NCBI GenBank assembly: GCA_965261395.1
Contig: OZ253462.1
Coordinates: 5,024,001-5,088,000 of the forward strand
Length of the DNA stretch: 64,000 nucleotides
DNA from: Candidatus Latescibacterota bacterium
GTDB taxonomy: Bacteria > Latescibacterota > UBA2968 > UBA8231
Reading direction: 5' to 3'
Position numbers and translations under genes: made by a program. Below, piece by piece: positions 1 through 9,819 of the stretch (position 1 is the stretch's first letter; the number at the start of each line of letters is the position of its first letter). The notes under the pieces were generated by a model. It ran no database searches. It was not told the DNA's origin and saw only the letters and a program-made list of their open reading frames with translations.

Positions 1-461
1 CCCACCACGCCTAACACCTTGCCTTGCAGCATGGTGTTCATCTTGCGCGTCCAGCGGCCAGCCTTCAGCTCGGCAGTCTGGAAATAGGCGCGCTTGGACA
101 GGGCGAACATCAGCCCGAACATGTGCTCGGCCACCACGGGCGCGGTGCGGCCGGGCTGGTTCGACACCACGATCCCGCACTCCTTGGCAATCGCCAAGTC
201 GATCATGTCCGTGCCGATGGAACAGGTGGCAATCATCTTAAGCGCGGGCAAGCGGCGCATTTCCTCGCGCCAAGTGACGACCCCGCGCGTGTTGATAATG
301 ATTTGTGCACCCTCGGCCCGCGCGATTTTCTCGTCCGCACTTTGCGGCGTATCATCGAAGAGGGTGATATCCCCGTAGGGAGCGAGCCGCTGCAAATGCG
401 GCGAACCAGCGATCTGAGTTGGATTGTCGCCGGGCACTACGATCTGTACGCGTTCTGGCAT
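1..461 (-). CDS. D-2-hydroxyacid dehydrogenase (glycerate/phosphoglycerate dehydrogenase family), runs off the window edge
   Basis: Manual translation from ATG 461 (RBS AGAGGA upstream): MPERVQIVVPGD...LPALKMIATCSIGTDMIDLAIAKECGIVVSNQPGRTAPVVAEHMFGLMFALSK...LQGKVLGVVG. Typical substrate-binding domain followed by the start of the Rossmann fold. Not in the ORF track. Confidence 0.85.
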   Translation of the reverse strand, partial: MPERVQIVVPGDNPTQIAGSPHLQRLAPYGDITLFDDTPQSADEKIARAEGAQIIINTRGVVTWREEMRRLPALKMIATCSIGTDMIDLAIAKECGIVVSNQPGRTAPVVAEHMFGLMFALSKRAYFQTAELKAGRWTRKMNTMLQGKVLGVV

Positions 462-541
462 GGCATATCCTCTCTGGGAAGTGTATATTTTGGCTCGCTA
501 TAAACCCCAAAAACGCGCCCAACGTCAAGCGGAGTCGTCCC

Positions 542-1564
542 ATGCCCCGAGCGCTCATCGCCCCGGCCGCCGAGCAAGTGGCCTTTCAGGAATACGCATC
601 TCCACCGCTGGCAGAAGGCCAAGTCCGCGTCAAAAGCCTGTACGCAGCCGCCAAGCACGGCACCGAAATGTCGCAGTTTAAGGGGTACGCCGGCCCGCGC
701 GGCCGCTACGACTCCGAGCGGCGCATCTTCGACTATCAGGGTGAGGGCGTCCAATACCCCGTGCCGCTGGGCAACATGGGCGTCGGTGAAGTCGTCGAGC
801 TAGGTCCGAGCGTCACGCAGCTCAAAGAAGGCGACCGCGTCTTTGCCTACGGGCCATTCCGCGAGGAACACGTCTGGCCCGAAACCGCGCGCCGCTTGCC
901 CGCAGACGTACCTTGGCAAGCCGCCGTCTGCCTCGACCCAGCGGATTTTGCCCTCGGCGCAGTGCGCGACGGACACATCCGCATCGGCGACGCCGTAGCC
1001 GTCTCGGGCCTCGGAGCCATCGGCCTAATCGCCATACAATTCTGCCGCTTGGCCGGTGCCCATCCCATCATCGCCCTCGATCCGCTGGCCAACCGGCGCG
1101 AAGTGGCCCGCGCCTGCGGAGCCGATCTCGTCCTCGACCCCACCCAATGCGATGCCGGCGTGGAGATCAAGAAGGCCACCGCCAACCGTGGCGCGGACGT
1201 GATCATTGATTATAGCGGGCATCCCGCGGCCATGCAGCAAGCCCTGCGCGGGGTCGCCTACCGGGGCACGATCGTGGCCGGCGCGTATCCCGCGGCGTGG
1301 ACGACGGGCCTGGACTTGGGTGCCGAAGCCCATATGAACCGGCCGCACATCGTGTTTTCGCGTGCCAATAGCGAGCCAAACCCCGACCACCCCAATTGGG
1401 ACAACGCCCGCATCTACGATGTCTGCTGGCGCATGCTCGCTGCCGGCCAAGTCGATTGCCTGCCCATCGTGCAACCCATCGTATCCTTTGACGACCTGCT
1501 CGACGCGTACCCCCAGATCGCCACCCAACCCGAAACAAACATCAAGCTCGGCGTCCAGTTTTAA
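542..1564 (+). CDS. Zinc-binding alcohol dehydrogenase family (YcjQ-like sugar dehydrogenase)
   Basis: MDR-family features: AAKHGTE, GLGAIG nucleotide-binding motif, ADVIIDYSG. Start trimmed to MPRALIAP (ATG 542). Confidence 0.8.
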   Translation: MPRALIAPAAEQVAFQEYASPPLAEGQVRVKSLYAAAKHGTEMSQFKGYAGPRGRYDSERRIFDYQGEGVQYPVPLGNMGVGEVVELGPSVTQLKEGDRVFAYGPFREEHVWPETARRLPADVPWQAAVCLDPADFALGAVRDGHIRIGDAVAVSGLGAIGLIAIQFCRLAGAHPIIALDPLANRREVARACGADLVLDPTQCDAGVEIKKATANRGADVIIDYSGHPAAMQQALRGVAYRGTIVAGAYPAAWTTGLDLGAEAHMNRPHIVFSRANSEPNPDHPNWDNARIYDVCWRMLAAGQVDCLPIVQPIVSFDDLLDAYPQIATQPETNIKLGVQF

Positions 1565-1591
1565 CGCTGGACCGCCAGAAGAAAGGACGCC

Positions 1592-2395
1592 ATGAAAATT
1601 GCCTTACAGGAAGGTCTGCTGCCCGGAGAAAGCCTCGCGGAAAAGCTCGACTTCGCCGAATCGCTCGCCATCGAAGGGCTAGAGGTCAGCGGCGGCTCGC
1701 GCCTGTACGACCACGTCGAAAAATACGAACAGGCCCTCGCTGGCCGCTCCATCAAGATCGCTTCCATCTGCGGCCAAGAGACCTTTGACTGGCTCGACCC
1801 AGACCCGCGCAAGCGAGCCAACAGCCTCGCCGAGACCCGCCGCCAGCTAGCAGCCTGCGGGCACTTCCAAGCCGCCGGCCAGATCGTCCCCCCCATCTTT
1901 GGGCCGCCGCGCATCCCCGACCTTTCGCCGCTCCGAGACGCCATTTCCCTAGAGAAGGCCCTGCTCGTCGAACTGGTTAAAGACCTCGCCGCTTGGGCGG
2001 CTAGCAAGGGCACCCTGCTCCTTTTGGAACCCCTCAACCGCTACGAGCAACACCTCTTGCGCCGCCAAGCCGACGGCGTCGAAATCATCGAACGCGCCGG
2101 CAGCCCCCAAGGCGTGGCCCTGCTCAGCGACTTCTTCCACATGCACATCGAAGAGACCGACACCCCCGCCGCCTTCCGCCAAGCGGGCCGCCACGTCGCC
2201 CACGTCCACATGGCAGACAACACGCGCATGCAGCCGGGCACCGGCGACATTGATTGGCGTGCTGGCTTACAGGCCCTCAAGGACATCGGCTTTAGCGGGT
2301 ATCTGGCCTACGAGTGCGGCATCGCAGGCGAGCGCCAGGAAGCACTCAAAAAGTCGGTACAATTCGTGCGCGAAACCATCGCCCAACTCGACTAA
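1592..2395 (+). CDS. Sugar phosphate isomerase/epimerase (AP endonuclease 2 TIM barrel, YcjR-like)
   Basis: EPLNRYE, DFFHMHIEE, HVHMADNTR-PGTG and YECG metal-binding motifs; RBS AAAGGA; follows the YcjQ-like gene. Confidence 0.85.
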   Translation: MKIALQEGLLPGESLAEKLDFAESLAIEGLEVSGGSRLYDHVEKYEQALAGRSIKIASICGQETFDWLDPDPRKRANSLAETRRQLAACGHFQAAGQIVPPIFGPPRIPDLSPLRDAISLEKALLVELVKDLAAWAASKGTLLLLEPLNRYEQHLLRRQADGVEIIERAGSPQGVALLSDFFHMHIEETDTPAAFRQAGRHVAHVHMADNTRMQPGTGDIDWRAGLQALKDIGFSGYLAYECGIAGERQEALKKSVQFVRETIAQLD

Positions 2396-2396
2396 C

Positions 2397-4487
2397 ATGA
2401 GCGAAATTGCCCCACTACCCGAGTACGAGCGTCCCGAGCTCTACATCAACCGCGAACTCTCGTGGCTGGACTTCAACGCCCGCGTGCTCGAAGAGGCCCA
2501 AGACGAGCGCAATCCCCTGCTAGAGCGCGTCAAGTTCATGGCCATAGTCGCCAGCAATCTCGACGAGTTCTATGAAATTCGGGTAGCCGGCTTGCTGCAA
2601 TTGCACGAGTCGGAAGCCAATCCCAAGCGCCCCGACGGCCTGACCCCGGCCGAACAACTCGAGCGCATCGCCCAACAAGCCCACGAGCAGGTCTCCGAAC
2701 AGTATCGCTGCTGGAACGAGGACCTCATCCCGGCCCTAGCCACCGAGGGCATCCACCTGTGGGAAGCGCGCCGACTCAAAGACGAGCACCTCGACTTCGT
2801 GCGTCAGTACTGGGAGGAAGAGCTCGAACCGATCCTCACGCCCATTGTCGTCGATCCAGCCCATCCCTTCCCCCACGTGCTCAACAAGGCCCTCTGTATC
2901 GGTGCCTTGCTCGAAGAACAGGGGCAGACGATGATGGGTGTGGCGACTGTGCCGCGAGTACTGCCGCGCATCTTGCGCCTGCCCGACCAAGGCGACGGCC
3001 TCCATTTTGTGACCTTGGCCGGGATCATGGACTTGCAAGTCAACGAGCTATTTTTCGGCTACGAAGTCCTCGGCTCGGCCCCGTTCCGCATCACCCGCAA
3101 CAGCGAGCTGTACGTCAACGAAGAAGACGCCGACAATTTGCTGGAAGAAATCGAGGAGCAGGTCACCAAGCAGCGCCAAGCCGACGCCGTGCGGCTAGAA
3201 ATCGCTCCGGGCGCGCCCGACCCGCTAGTATCGCTTTTGCAACAGCAGTTCGACCTCGACGACAGCCTAGTCTTTCGGGTCAATGGGCCGGTCAACCTCC
3301 ATCGGGTTATGACCCTTTATGGCCTAGTCTCGCGCCCCGCACTCAAGGACACCCCTTTCACACCTGTCGAGCGCGATTTCCCCCAAGACCCCGACGCCTT
3401 CTTCGACTCCATCCGCGCCGGCGATATTCTCCTGCACCACCCCTACGAGTCGTTTTCTACGGTGATCGACTTCATCCGCATGGCGGCTATCGATCCCAAA
3501 GTGCTGGCTATTAAACAAACTATCTACCGCACGGGCGACGATTCAGAGGTCGGGCAGGCGCTCATCGACGCGGCCGAGCGCGGCAAGGAAGTGACCGTGC
3601 TCGTCGAGCTGAAGGCCCGCGGCGACGAAGCGGCCAACATCGAGTGGGCCAAGCGCCTCGAAGACAGCGGCATCCACGTGATCTATGGCATCATGGGCCT
3701 GAAGACCCATTGCAAGCTCTCGATGCTGGTGCGCCGCGATCAAGATCGCCTGCGCCGCTACGCCCACTTGGGCACCGGCAATTACAATCACACCACCGCG
3801 CGGCTCTATACGGATCTGGGGCTGATTACCGCGGAGCCAACGATCACCGCGGAGGTGGCCGAGGTCTTCAACATGCTCACCGCTCACAGCCGCATCCGTC
3901 AATTCGAAAAACTGCTAGTCGCCCCCTCCGGGCTGATGCAGGGCATGCTCGACCGCATCGAGCGCGAAAGCGAACACGCCCGCGCCGGCCGGCCGGCCGC
4001 CATTATCGCCAAGATGAACGGCCTCATGGATCCGGCCATCATCAAGGCCCTGTACGAAGCCTCGCAGGCCGGCGTTGAGATCAATCTGATCGTGCGCGGT
4101 ATCTGCTGCTTGCGCGCCGGTCTCGACCGCATCAGTGAGAACATCCGCGTGTACAGCATCATTGGCCGCTTCTTAGAGCACAGCCGGGTCTTTTACTTTG
4201 CCAACGGCGGCGACGAGGAAGTCTGGCTCGGCAGCGCGGACTGGATGAATCGCAACTTGCGCGGCCGGGTCGAAGTAGTCTTCCCCATCTTGGACCAAGG
4301 CCTAAAGCGGCGCATCTATCGCGAGTTGCTCGCGCTCGCGCTCACCGACCGCGCTAAGTCTCGGCAGATGCACCCAGACGGCACGTACGTCCGCCGCCAA
4401 CCCGAGTGCGGCACCCCGGGTCACAGCATGCAAGAGCTGCTCATGCGCACGGCCCTCGGTGAGGACATCGATGTCCTAGAGAGTTAG
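2397..4487 (+). CDS. ppk1: Polyphosphate kinase 1
   Basis: YINRELSWLDFNARVL, SNLDEFYEIRVAGL, HHPYESF, LKTHCK, HLGTGNYN, GRFLEHSR and GSADWM-RNL motifs. Start MSEIAP at 2397. Confidence 0.97.
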   Translation: MSEIAPLPEYERPELYINRELSWLDFNARVLEEAQDERNPLLERVKFMAIVASNLDEFYEIRVAGLLQLHESEANPKRPDGLTPAEQLERIAQQAHEQVSEQYRCWNEDLIPALATEGIHLWEARRLKDEHLDFVRQYWEEELEPILTPIVVDPAHPFPHVLNKALCIGALLEEQGQTMMGVATVPRVLPRILRLPDQGDGLHFVTLAGIMDLQVNELFFGYEVLGSAPFRITRNSELYVNEEDADNLLEEIEEQVTKQRQADAVRLEIAPGAPDPLVSLLQQQFDLDDSLVFRVNGPVNLHRVMTLYGLVSRPALKDTPFTPVERDFPQDPDAFFDSIRAGDILLHHPYESFSTVIDFIRMAAIDPKVLAIKQTIYRTGDDSEVGQALIDAAERGKEVTVLVELKARGDEAANIEWAKRLEDSGIHVIYGIMGLKTHCKLSMLVRRDQDRLRRYAHLGTGNYNHTTARLYTDLGLITAEPTITAEVAEVFNMLTAHSRIRQFEKLLVAPSGLMQGMLDRIERESEHARAGRPAAIIAKMNGLMDPAIIKALYEASQAGVEINLIVRGICCLRAGLDRISENIRVYSIIGRFLEHSRVFYFANGGDEEVWLGSADWMNRNLRGRVEVVFPILDQGLKRRIYRELLALALTDRAKSRQMHPDGTYVRRQPECGTPGHSMQELLMRTALGEDIDVLES

Positions 4488-4522
4488 AGGCAAGGAACCC
4501 GATGCACGATCATTGCGTTAAG

Positions 4523-4550
4523 GTAGGGGCGACCGGCCGGTCGCCCCTAC
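4523..4550. repeat. REP-like perfect palindrome GTAGGGGCGACCGGCCGGTCGCCCCTAC
   Basis: 28-bp perfect intergenic palindrome starting with GTAG, the form typical of REP elements. Confidence 0.75.
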
Positions 4551-4576
4551 CTAGAGAATTAAAAGAAAGAGACTCG

Positions 4577-6073
4577 ATGCACGACCTGCTCGCAGAAATA
4601 AATTCGCCAATCCTAGACGACATCCACCGCATCGGCATCGTTTTGGCCGCTGGCCACGGCAAGCGCATCCGCTCGGAGACCTCCAAGATGCTGCACGAAA
4701 TTTGGGGCCAGCCAACGGCCGTGCGCGTGGCCCGCGCCGTGCAAGAGGGCCTCGACAGCCCCAATCAGGTCATCATCGTGGGCATCAAGGGCGCGGACGT
4801 CGCCCGCGCAGCCGGCCCCCAACCGGGGCGTCTTTTCGCGTATCAAGCAAACCCGGTCCTCGGCCGACCGGCCGGAACCGGCGACGCCGTGCGCGTCGGC
4901 CTCCAAGCTTTCCCCGCTACGGCGACCGACCGCGACGTGTACATCTTTTTAGGGGATATGGGCTTGTTGACCGGGCAGGTCGTCGCCCACTTCCGCGCCA
5001 GCTTTGACAACGCCGACTGCGACATGATGGTGCTCACCGGCCTGTACAGCGGCCCAGCCGAGACCAATTCCTACGGTCGCATCGTGCGCGTGCCAGCCAC
5101 CGACTCCTCGGGGCAGCCAGCGGGCGCAGACCGCGACAAGGTTATTGAGATCAGGGAGCACAAGGACATCCTCAGCCTCGATGCAGCAACGCCCTACGAG
5201 GCCACTTACAACGGCCGCACCTATACCTTCACGCGCCAAGAGCTGTTGGAAACGCGCGAGATCAACACCGGCGTCTTCGCCTTCAGAGAAAGCGCGCTGC
5301 GGACGTACATCCAACACCTCGACACCGACAATGCCCAAGGCGAGCTGCTGTTGACCGACTTGGTGCAAATCTTCAATCAGCACCAGCTCGTGGTGCGAGC
5401 GGCCACGGCCGACAGCGAAGAGGAACTCCTCGCCTTCAACGTCAAAAGCGTCTGGCATCAGATGCAGACCATAGCCCGCCGCTGGGCCTATGAAAAGCTC
5501 AAGGACACCATCACCATCGCCGACGAGGAGGACTTCTTCATCGCCGACGAGGTCATCGAGCAGATCCTCAACATGGACGCGGAGCGCGGCCCCTTGGACA
5601 TCGTCATCGGCAAGGGCACCTATATCGGTCCCGAGGTCCAACTCAACCGCCGAGTCGCCATCGGCGACCGCAGCCATTTGAGCGGCCACGTGGTGCTAGG
5701 CGAGGGGGTACAAATCGGCGTCGGCGTCGAGCTGAGTACCTACCCAGGGCAAACCCTCTTCTTGGACGACGAGGTCGAAGTGCTCAGCCGCAATATCATC
5801 AAGGGGAACCTGCGGATTGGCGCGCACAGCCGCATCGAATCTGGCGTGCTGATGACCGGCAGCGACGAACACCCCATGCGCGTGGGCGAGCGCGTAACCA
5901 TCAAGGGCACCAGCTACCTCTACGGCTGCCAAATCGACGACGACCTGCTGATCGAGCACTCCGTCATCAAGTGCAAGCGTGTCGAACAGGCGCGCCGCCG
6001 CGACGGCACCATCCAGCCCATCCGCTATGTCCTGCCTCAGCCCGAGGGCCTCGACTCCATCGCCGATCTATGA
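4577..6073 (+). CDS. GlmU-like sugar-phosphate nucleotidyltransferase with C-terminal left-handed beta-helix
   Basis: LAAGHGKRIRS-SKMLH, GTGDAV, YGRIVR, EINTGVF and NAQGE-LTD motifs; hexapeptide-like C-terminus. Start taken at MHDLLAE, downstream of the REP. Confidence 0.8.
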   Translation: MHDLLAEINSPILDDIHRIGIVLAAGHGKRIRSETSKMLHEIWGQPTAVRVARAVQEGLDSPNQVIIVGIKGADVARAAGPQPGRLFAYQANPVLGRPAGTGDAVRVGLQAFPATATDRDVYIFLGDMGLLTGQVVAHFRASFDNADCDMMVLTGLYSGPAETNSYGRIVRVPATDSSGQPAGADRDKVIEIREHKDILSLDAATPYEATYNGRTYTFTRQELLETREINTGVFAFRESALRTYIQHLDTDNAQGELLLTDLVQIFNQHQLVVRAATADSEEELLAFNVKSVWHQMQTIARRWAYEKLKDTITIADEEDFFIADEVIEQILNMDAERGPLDIVIGKGTYIGPEVQLNRRVAIGDRSHLSGHVVLGEGVQIGVGVELSTYPGQTLFLDDEVEVLSRNIIKGNLRIGAHSRIESGVLMTGSDEHPMRVGERVTIKGTSYLYGCQIDDDLLIEHSVIKCKRVEQARRRDGTIQPIRYVLPQPEGLDSIADL

Positions 6074-6988
6074 GCGCTCGGCTCCCATAGCCCCCAGCAG
6101 CGACTTGGCGACCTTGCAGACCATCGTATAGGCCGGGTCGTACACGTTCCCCATATCGTATTCCACGCACTGCCCCAAGAGCGCGTGGGCGCTCAACGCG
6201 GTCATCCCGTAGTCTTCGATAAGCCAGTTGACCAACTCGCTGGTAGCGTGCTGTACGCATTGGTCCAAGGGACGCGCATTGCCGGCCGCGAGAATGTGCG
6301 TGGCGTTTTCAGCGCGGGGCCAGCCGATCTGCTTGCCTTTGATCACATCTACCCTAAACGTCGCGTCAAAGGAAATTTCTACACCCGTGCCGACAATTTC
6401 GCCGTCGCCCTGGATGGCGTGTCCGTCGCCTAGGTGGAAGAGTGCTCCCGGGGCCGCGACCGGCAGATAGACAGTCACGCCCGCGACAAAGCCTCGGTAG
6501 TCCATGTTGCCGCCGTGGGTCGAAGAGGTCGCTGTGGAAATGGCCTGACCGCGCGGCGGGGCCACTCCGAAACAGCCCAGCATTGGGTTGAGGGGCAGCA
6601 CCAAGCCCGGCAGGACATCCGGCTGCGTTGCCGTGCCCGCCGCTAGGTCAATCGGCCACCGGAGCGGTTGGTCGTCGCGCTCAATGCCGGTTGTAAAACC
6701 CGGGTCCAGCACGTTGGGCGCGATTTCCTTGGCCGTCCAGCCCCAGTCGCGGTTGGGGTAGAGCTTGTCGAAGTGGACGACCAAGGTATCGCCCGGCTCG
6801 GCTCCCTCTATGTAGAAAGGACCCGTCATCGGGTTGCCGCGCTCCGTGACCCGCTCGCCGTGCTGGTCTTGGCCGCGGGCGTCAACTGTGGTGGTAGAAA
6901 CCGTATCGCCGGGGGCGATGGCCAACACGGGCTCGTGCCAGCCGATGGTAGTGTGGTAGTGGGTGGGGGTGAATTCGTGATGAGCCAT
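6068..6988 (-). CDS. Acetamidase/formamidase family protein
   Basis: NPMTGPFYIEGAEPGDTL, HGGNMD and GDGHAIQGDGE motifs. Confidence 0.9.
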   Translation of the reverse strand: MAHHEFTPTHYHTTIGWHEPVLAIAPGDTVSTTTVDARGQDQHGERVTERGNPMTGPFYIEGAEPGDTLVVHFDKLYPNRDWGWTAKEIAPNVLDPGFTTGIERDDQPLRWPIDLAAGTATQPDVLPGLVLPLNPMLGCFGVAPPRGQAISTATSSTHGGNMDYRGFVAGVTVYLPVAAPGALFHLGDGHAIQGDGEIVGTGVEISFDATFRVDVIKGKQIGWPRAENATHILAAGNARPLDQCVQHATSELVNWLIEDYGMTALSAHALLGQCVEYDMGNVYDPAYTMVCKVAKSLLGAMGAERS

Positions 6989-7030
6989 AAGACCTCGCAG
7001 AAGGTGTGGAGTGCATGGGAATTTGCAAAG

Positions 7031-7942
7031 CTACTCAAATTCCTCAGGCGAAAAAAGCGACACTGGATGCGCTAGAAAGAACGCAGCTAGGTCGCCACGG
7101 GCCACGGCCTGTTCCAGCACCGCGATTTCCGCGCCCAACTCGTCGGCAATCCGCGCCCGGACTTCCGCATCCGCCACGGCGTCGTCCAAGTGCCCGACGA
7201 GCTGGTCCAACACCTGCCGACGCACGTTAGGACGCAGCCCACCCTCGGCAAAGCACTCGGCGCAAAAGCGCGACACCTGCGCCTCGTTGACCTCTAGCTC
7301 GGCGCGCCCCAAAGCCAACGCCAAAATGACGCGGTGCAGCACGCCGGCGAAATCCACCTCGACCTGTTCAAGCAAAGCGGCCACCGATGGCTTGGGCAAC
7401 GAGCGCACAAAGGCCACCTTGCCGGTTAGCTCTTGCAGCATCTGGCTGTCGGCGCGCAGGTCGATGGCACTCGGACCGGTCCACGTCTCGGGCACGAGCT
7501 TCGTTAGGGCTGCGACTTTGGGACGCAGATCGGGCCAAAAGCCCAACTCGGGACAGCCGACCAAGGTGCGGGCCTGCTGACGCATCTCTTTCAAGCGCTG
7601 GAAAGCGCGCTCCCAGCCCTGCTTGTAGAGCGCGTCAAACGGGTCGCTGGCCAGCTTGGCGACGGCTGCGTTGAGGTCGCCGCCGCTTTCCTCCTCCAGC
7701 GCCAAGTCCATGCACGCCAAGCTTCGCTCCATGCCTTGGCGCAACTGGTCGCGGCCGAGGGCGATGCCGGTGCGCTGGCGCTGGGCAAAGGCCAGCCCGC
7801 GAACCCGGAGATAGGCCCGCAGCGAATCCATAAAGTGCGGCGGCAGCTGCTCGTATTCGAGGCCCGCGGCGACCACTTGGCCGATGAAACTGCTGCGGTC
7901 GAGTGGAACTTGGTTGAGATCAACGCGCGCTAGCCGATTCAC
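7031..7942 (-). CDS. Hypothetical alpha-helical protein
   Basis: GTG start (VNRLARVD) overlaps the upstream stop as GTGA; host-like codon usage. Confidence 0.7.
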   Translation of the reverse strand: MNRLARVDLNQVPLDRSSFIGQVVAAGLEYEQLPPHFMDSLRAYLRVRGLAFAQRQRTGIALGRDQLRQGMERSLACMDLALEEESGGDLNAAVAKLASDPFDALYKQGWERAFQRLKEMRQQARTLVGCPELGFWPDLRPKVAALTKLVPETWTGPSAIDLRADSQMLQELTGKVAFVRSLPKPSVAALLEQVEVDFAGVLHRVILALALGRAELEVNEAQVSRFCAECFAEGGLRPNVRRQVLDQLVGHLDDAVADAEVRARIADELGAEIAVLEQAVARGDLAAFFLAHPVSLFSPEEFE

Positions 7943-8706
7943 GAGGCTTCTCCGCCGGCCCGTTCCCAAGCGGCGCGCAGCACCTTTGCCAGCAGCTCGG
8001 GTGCGGCTTGGTGCAAGGCGTGTATGACCTCGGCTACCTCCGGGTCGTTGATCGGCGGCAGCATCACGGCTTGGCCCGATTCCGACAGCAGGCTGAAGGC
8101 CGAAACAGTGCCCCAATCCGGCAGCCCTCCGACTTGGGCGTGCATGTCGATGCTATCGACCTTGTCGAGGAAGGCATCCTCTAGCAGGCTCTGATCCACC
8201 TTGTACAAGAGCGCGGCGCGCTTGTTGGGATCGTCTAGCGCTGCGACCGCTTCGAGCCATTCCCACGACACCTTGGTGCGGTTGCCGTGGTAGTAAATCG
8301 GATCGAGCGTGTCTTCTACGGCGCGCGCAAACGACTCCGCCGACATGGCTTGCAAAAGCGCGGTGTTGAACCTCGCCAGTTTGTACCCGCTGGGGGCGAC
8401 CAACTCGGCGATGATCTCCGACGGCAGCTTATCGACGACAGCGGGCAAGTACCCCGGGCGGCCTTGGTCGTCCATGCCAGTCAGCGAGAGCACCTCCTCG
8501 GGGTTTGCGTCTATGGCCACCAGCGCGGCTTGTTCCTCAACGGCCTGCGCCCTAAGCAGCGCGTGGGCCTCGTCGGCGCGCCCTTCGCGCAGCATCTGGC
8601 GCAAAGAGACATTCTTGGCGATCAATTCTTCCAGATCGCCCGACCACTCCCCTAGCACCACCCGGCCACCCTGCATTTGCAGAGCATCGCTTTCGTGCTG
8701 GGACAT
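7939..8706 (-). CDS. Hypothetical protein
   Basis: 255-aa ORF with strong RBS AGGAGG and an upstream sigma70-like promoter. Confidence 0.75.
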   Translation of the reverse strand: MSQHESDALQMQGGRVVLGEWSGDLEELIAKNVSLRQMLREGRADEAHALLRAQAVEEQAALVAIDANPEEVLSLTGMDDQGRPGYLPAVVDKLPSEIIAELVAPSGYKLARFNTALLQAMSAESFARAVEDTLDPIYYHGNRTKVSWEWLEAVAALDDPNKRAALLYKVDQSLLEDAFLDKVDSIDMHAQVGGLPDWGTVSAFSLLSESGQAVMLPPINDPEVAEVIHALHQAAPELLAKVLRAAWERAGGEAS

Positions 8707-8749
8707 CGGTCCTCCTGTATGGAATGATTTGGGAATTGAGGGCGGTCTT

Positions 8750-8778
8750 AAGGTAGATTAAGCGGTGGGTTGTGTCAA
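8750..8778 (-). promoter_or_regulatory. Sigma70-type promoter TTGACA-N17-TACCTT for the 8706-7031 genes
   Basis: -35 at 8778-8773 and -10 at 8755-8750, within an AT-rich intergenic region. Confidence 0.55.
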
Positions 8779-8980
8779 TATAAAATTTTATATAACATGT
8801 TATTTATATTATACTTAAAACAATTTTCTGGACATTCTCTTTCTTTTTTCGTATATTATATAGCACGATGAGCGCGGGGCTTGTAGCCCGGCGCTTCTTT
8901 TGTATGGGCAAGCGACTTGACGAGAACCGCGCCGATTAGTAGCGCAGTACTAGGTTCTACCCTATATTGTCCCTTGTGCT

Positions 8981-9009
8981 CCCTCAGCCCCCTTGGGGCC
9001 GGGGTTTTT
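8981..9009 (+). terminator. Intrinsic terminator-like hairpin upstream of the UvrB/UvrC-motif gene
   Basis: CCCTCAGCCCC-CTT-GGGGCCGGGG followed by TTTTT. Confidence 0.5.
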
Positions 9010-9038
9010 CATTCTATTTTCTGTCAGAGAGCGCGCCC

Positions 9039-9806
9039 ATGAATTACGATATCGGCGACTTGCTCAACGGTTGGGAATTCAAGCCCGACGAATTCCTCGC
9101 TCGGCGCATTCGCACCAGTAAGGGCGAGGAAAAACTTCAGATCCGCATCGACATGGGGGTTCTTCAGCTCGAATTGGACGGCCGTCCCGACGGCCAACAA
9201 CCGCACGGCTGCCCCTCACTGCTCGACTACTATCAAGACCTCATCGAATCGCGCGACACCCCGGAAGGCTTCGTCCTAGATGAAGAAGAGTGCGAAGAAC
9301 TTTTCCAAGAGGCCTGGCAGTATTACCACCGCTATTTAAGCCTGTTCAATCTAGAGGACTACGAAGGGGTCGTCGCCGATACCGAGCACACCCTACAGAT
9401 TTTTGAATTGGTCGATCAGTGCGCGCCCAACGACGAGATCCGCTGGTACTTTGAACAGTACTATCCACACGCGATTATGATGCAGACCCGGGCACACGCC
9501 ATGGTAGCCCTGCAAAGCGACGACTATCCAGCGGCCATGCGTGCCGTGGAAGATGGCATTGCCCACATCGAGAGCTTTGTCGAAGAATGGGAATCCGAGC
9601 TAGAAGAGGATTTGCCCGAGATTTCCTTTTTGCGCGAATGGTACGAGGAACTAGAGCAGGAGCGCCCGCTGTCCCAGCGCGAACAATTAGAGCGCGACCT
9701 AGAGGTAGCCGTAGAGGCGGAAAACTTTGAGGAAGCCGCGCGGCTGCGCGACAAGATCCAGACCCTGTGGCCGGGGCCGCAGCACCTCCTCCGCCCCAAG
9801 CGCTGA
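9039..9806 (+). CDS. UvrB/UvrC motif-containing protein
   Basis: LQIRIDMGVLQLELDGRPDG N-terminus; C-terminal LEVAVEAENFEEAARLRDKI UVR motif. Start MNYDIG. Confidence 0.85.
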   Translation: MNYDIGDLLNGWEFKPDEFLARRIRTSKGEEKLQIRIDMGVLQLELDGRPDGQQPHGCPSLLDYYQDLIESRDTPEGFVLDEEECEELFQEAWQYYHRYLSLFNLEDYEGVVADTEHTLQIFELVDQCAPNDEIRWYFEQYYPHAIMMQTRAHAMVALQSDDYPAAMRAVEDGIAHIESFVEEWESELEEDLPEISFLREWYEELEQERPLSQREQLERDLEVAVEAENFEEAARLRDKIQTLWPGPQHLLRPKR

Positions 9807-9819
9807 GCTACACCCCAGC

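Noticed and set aside
24-503. 159-aa + strand ORF
   Set aside because: Antisense shadow of the minus-strand D-2-hydroxyacid dehydrogenase.
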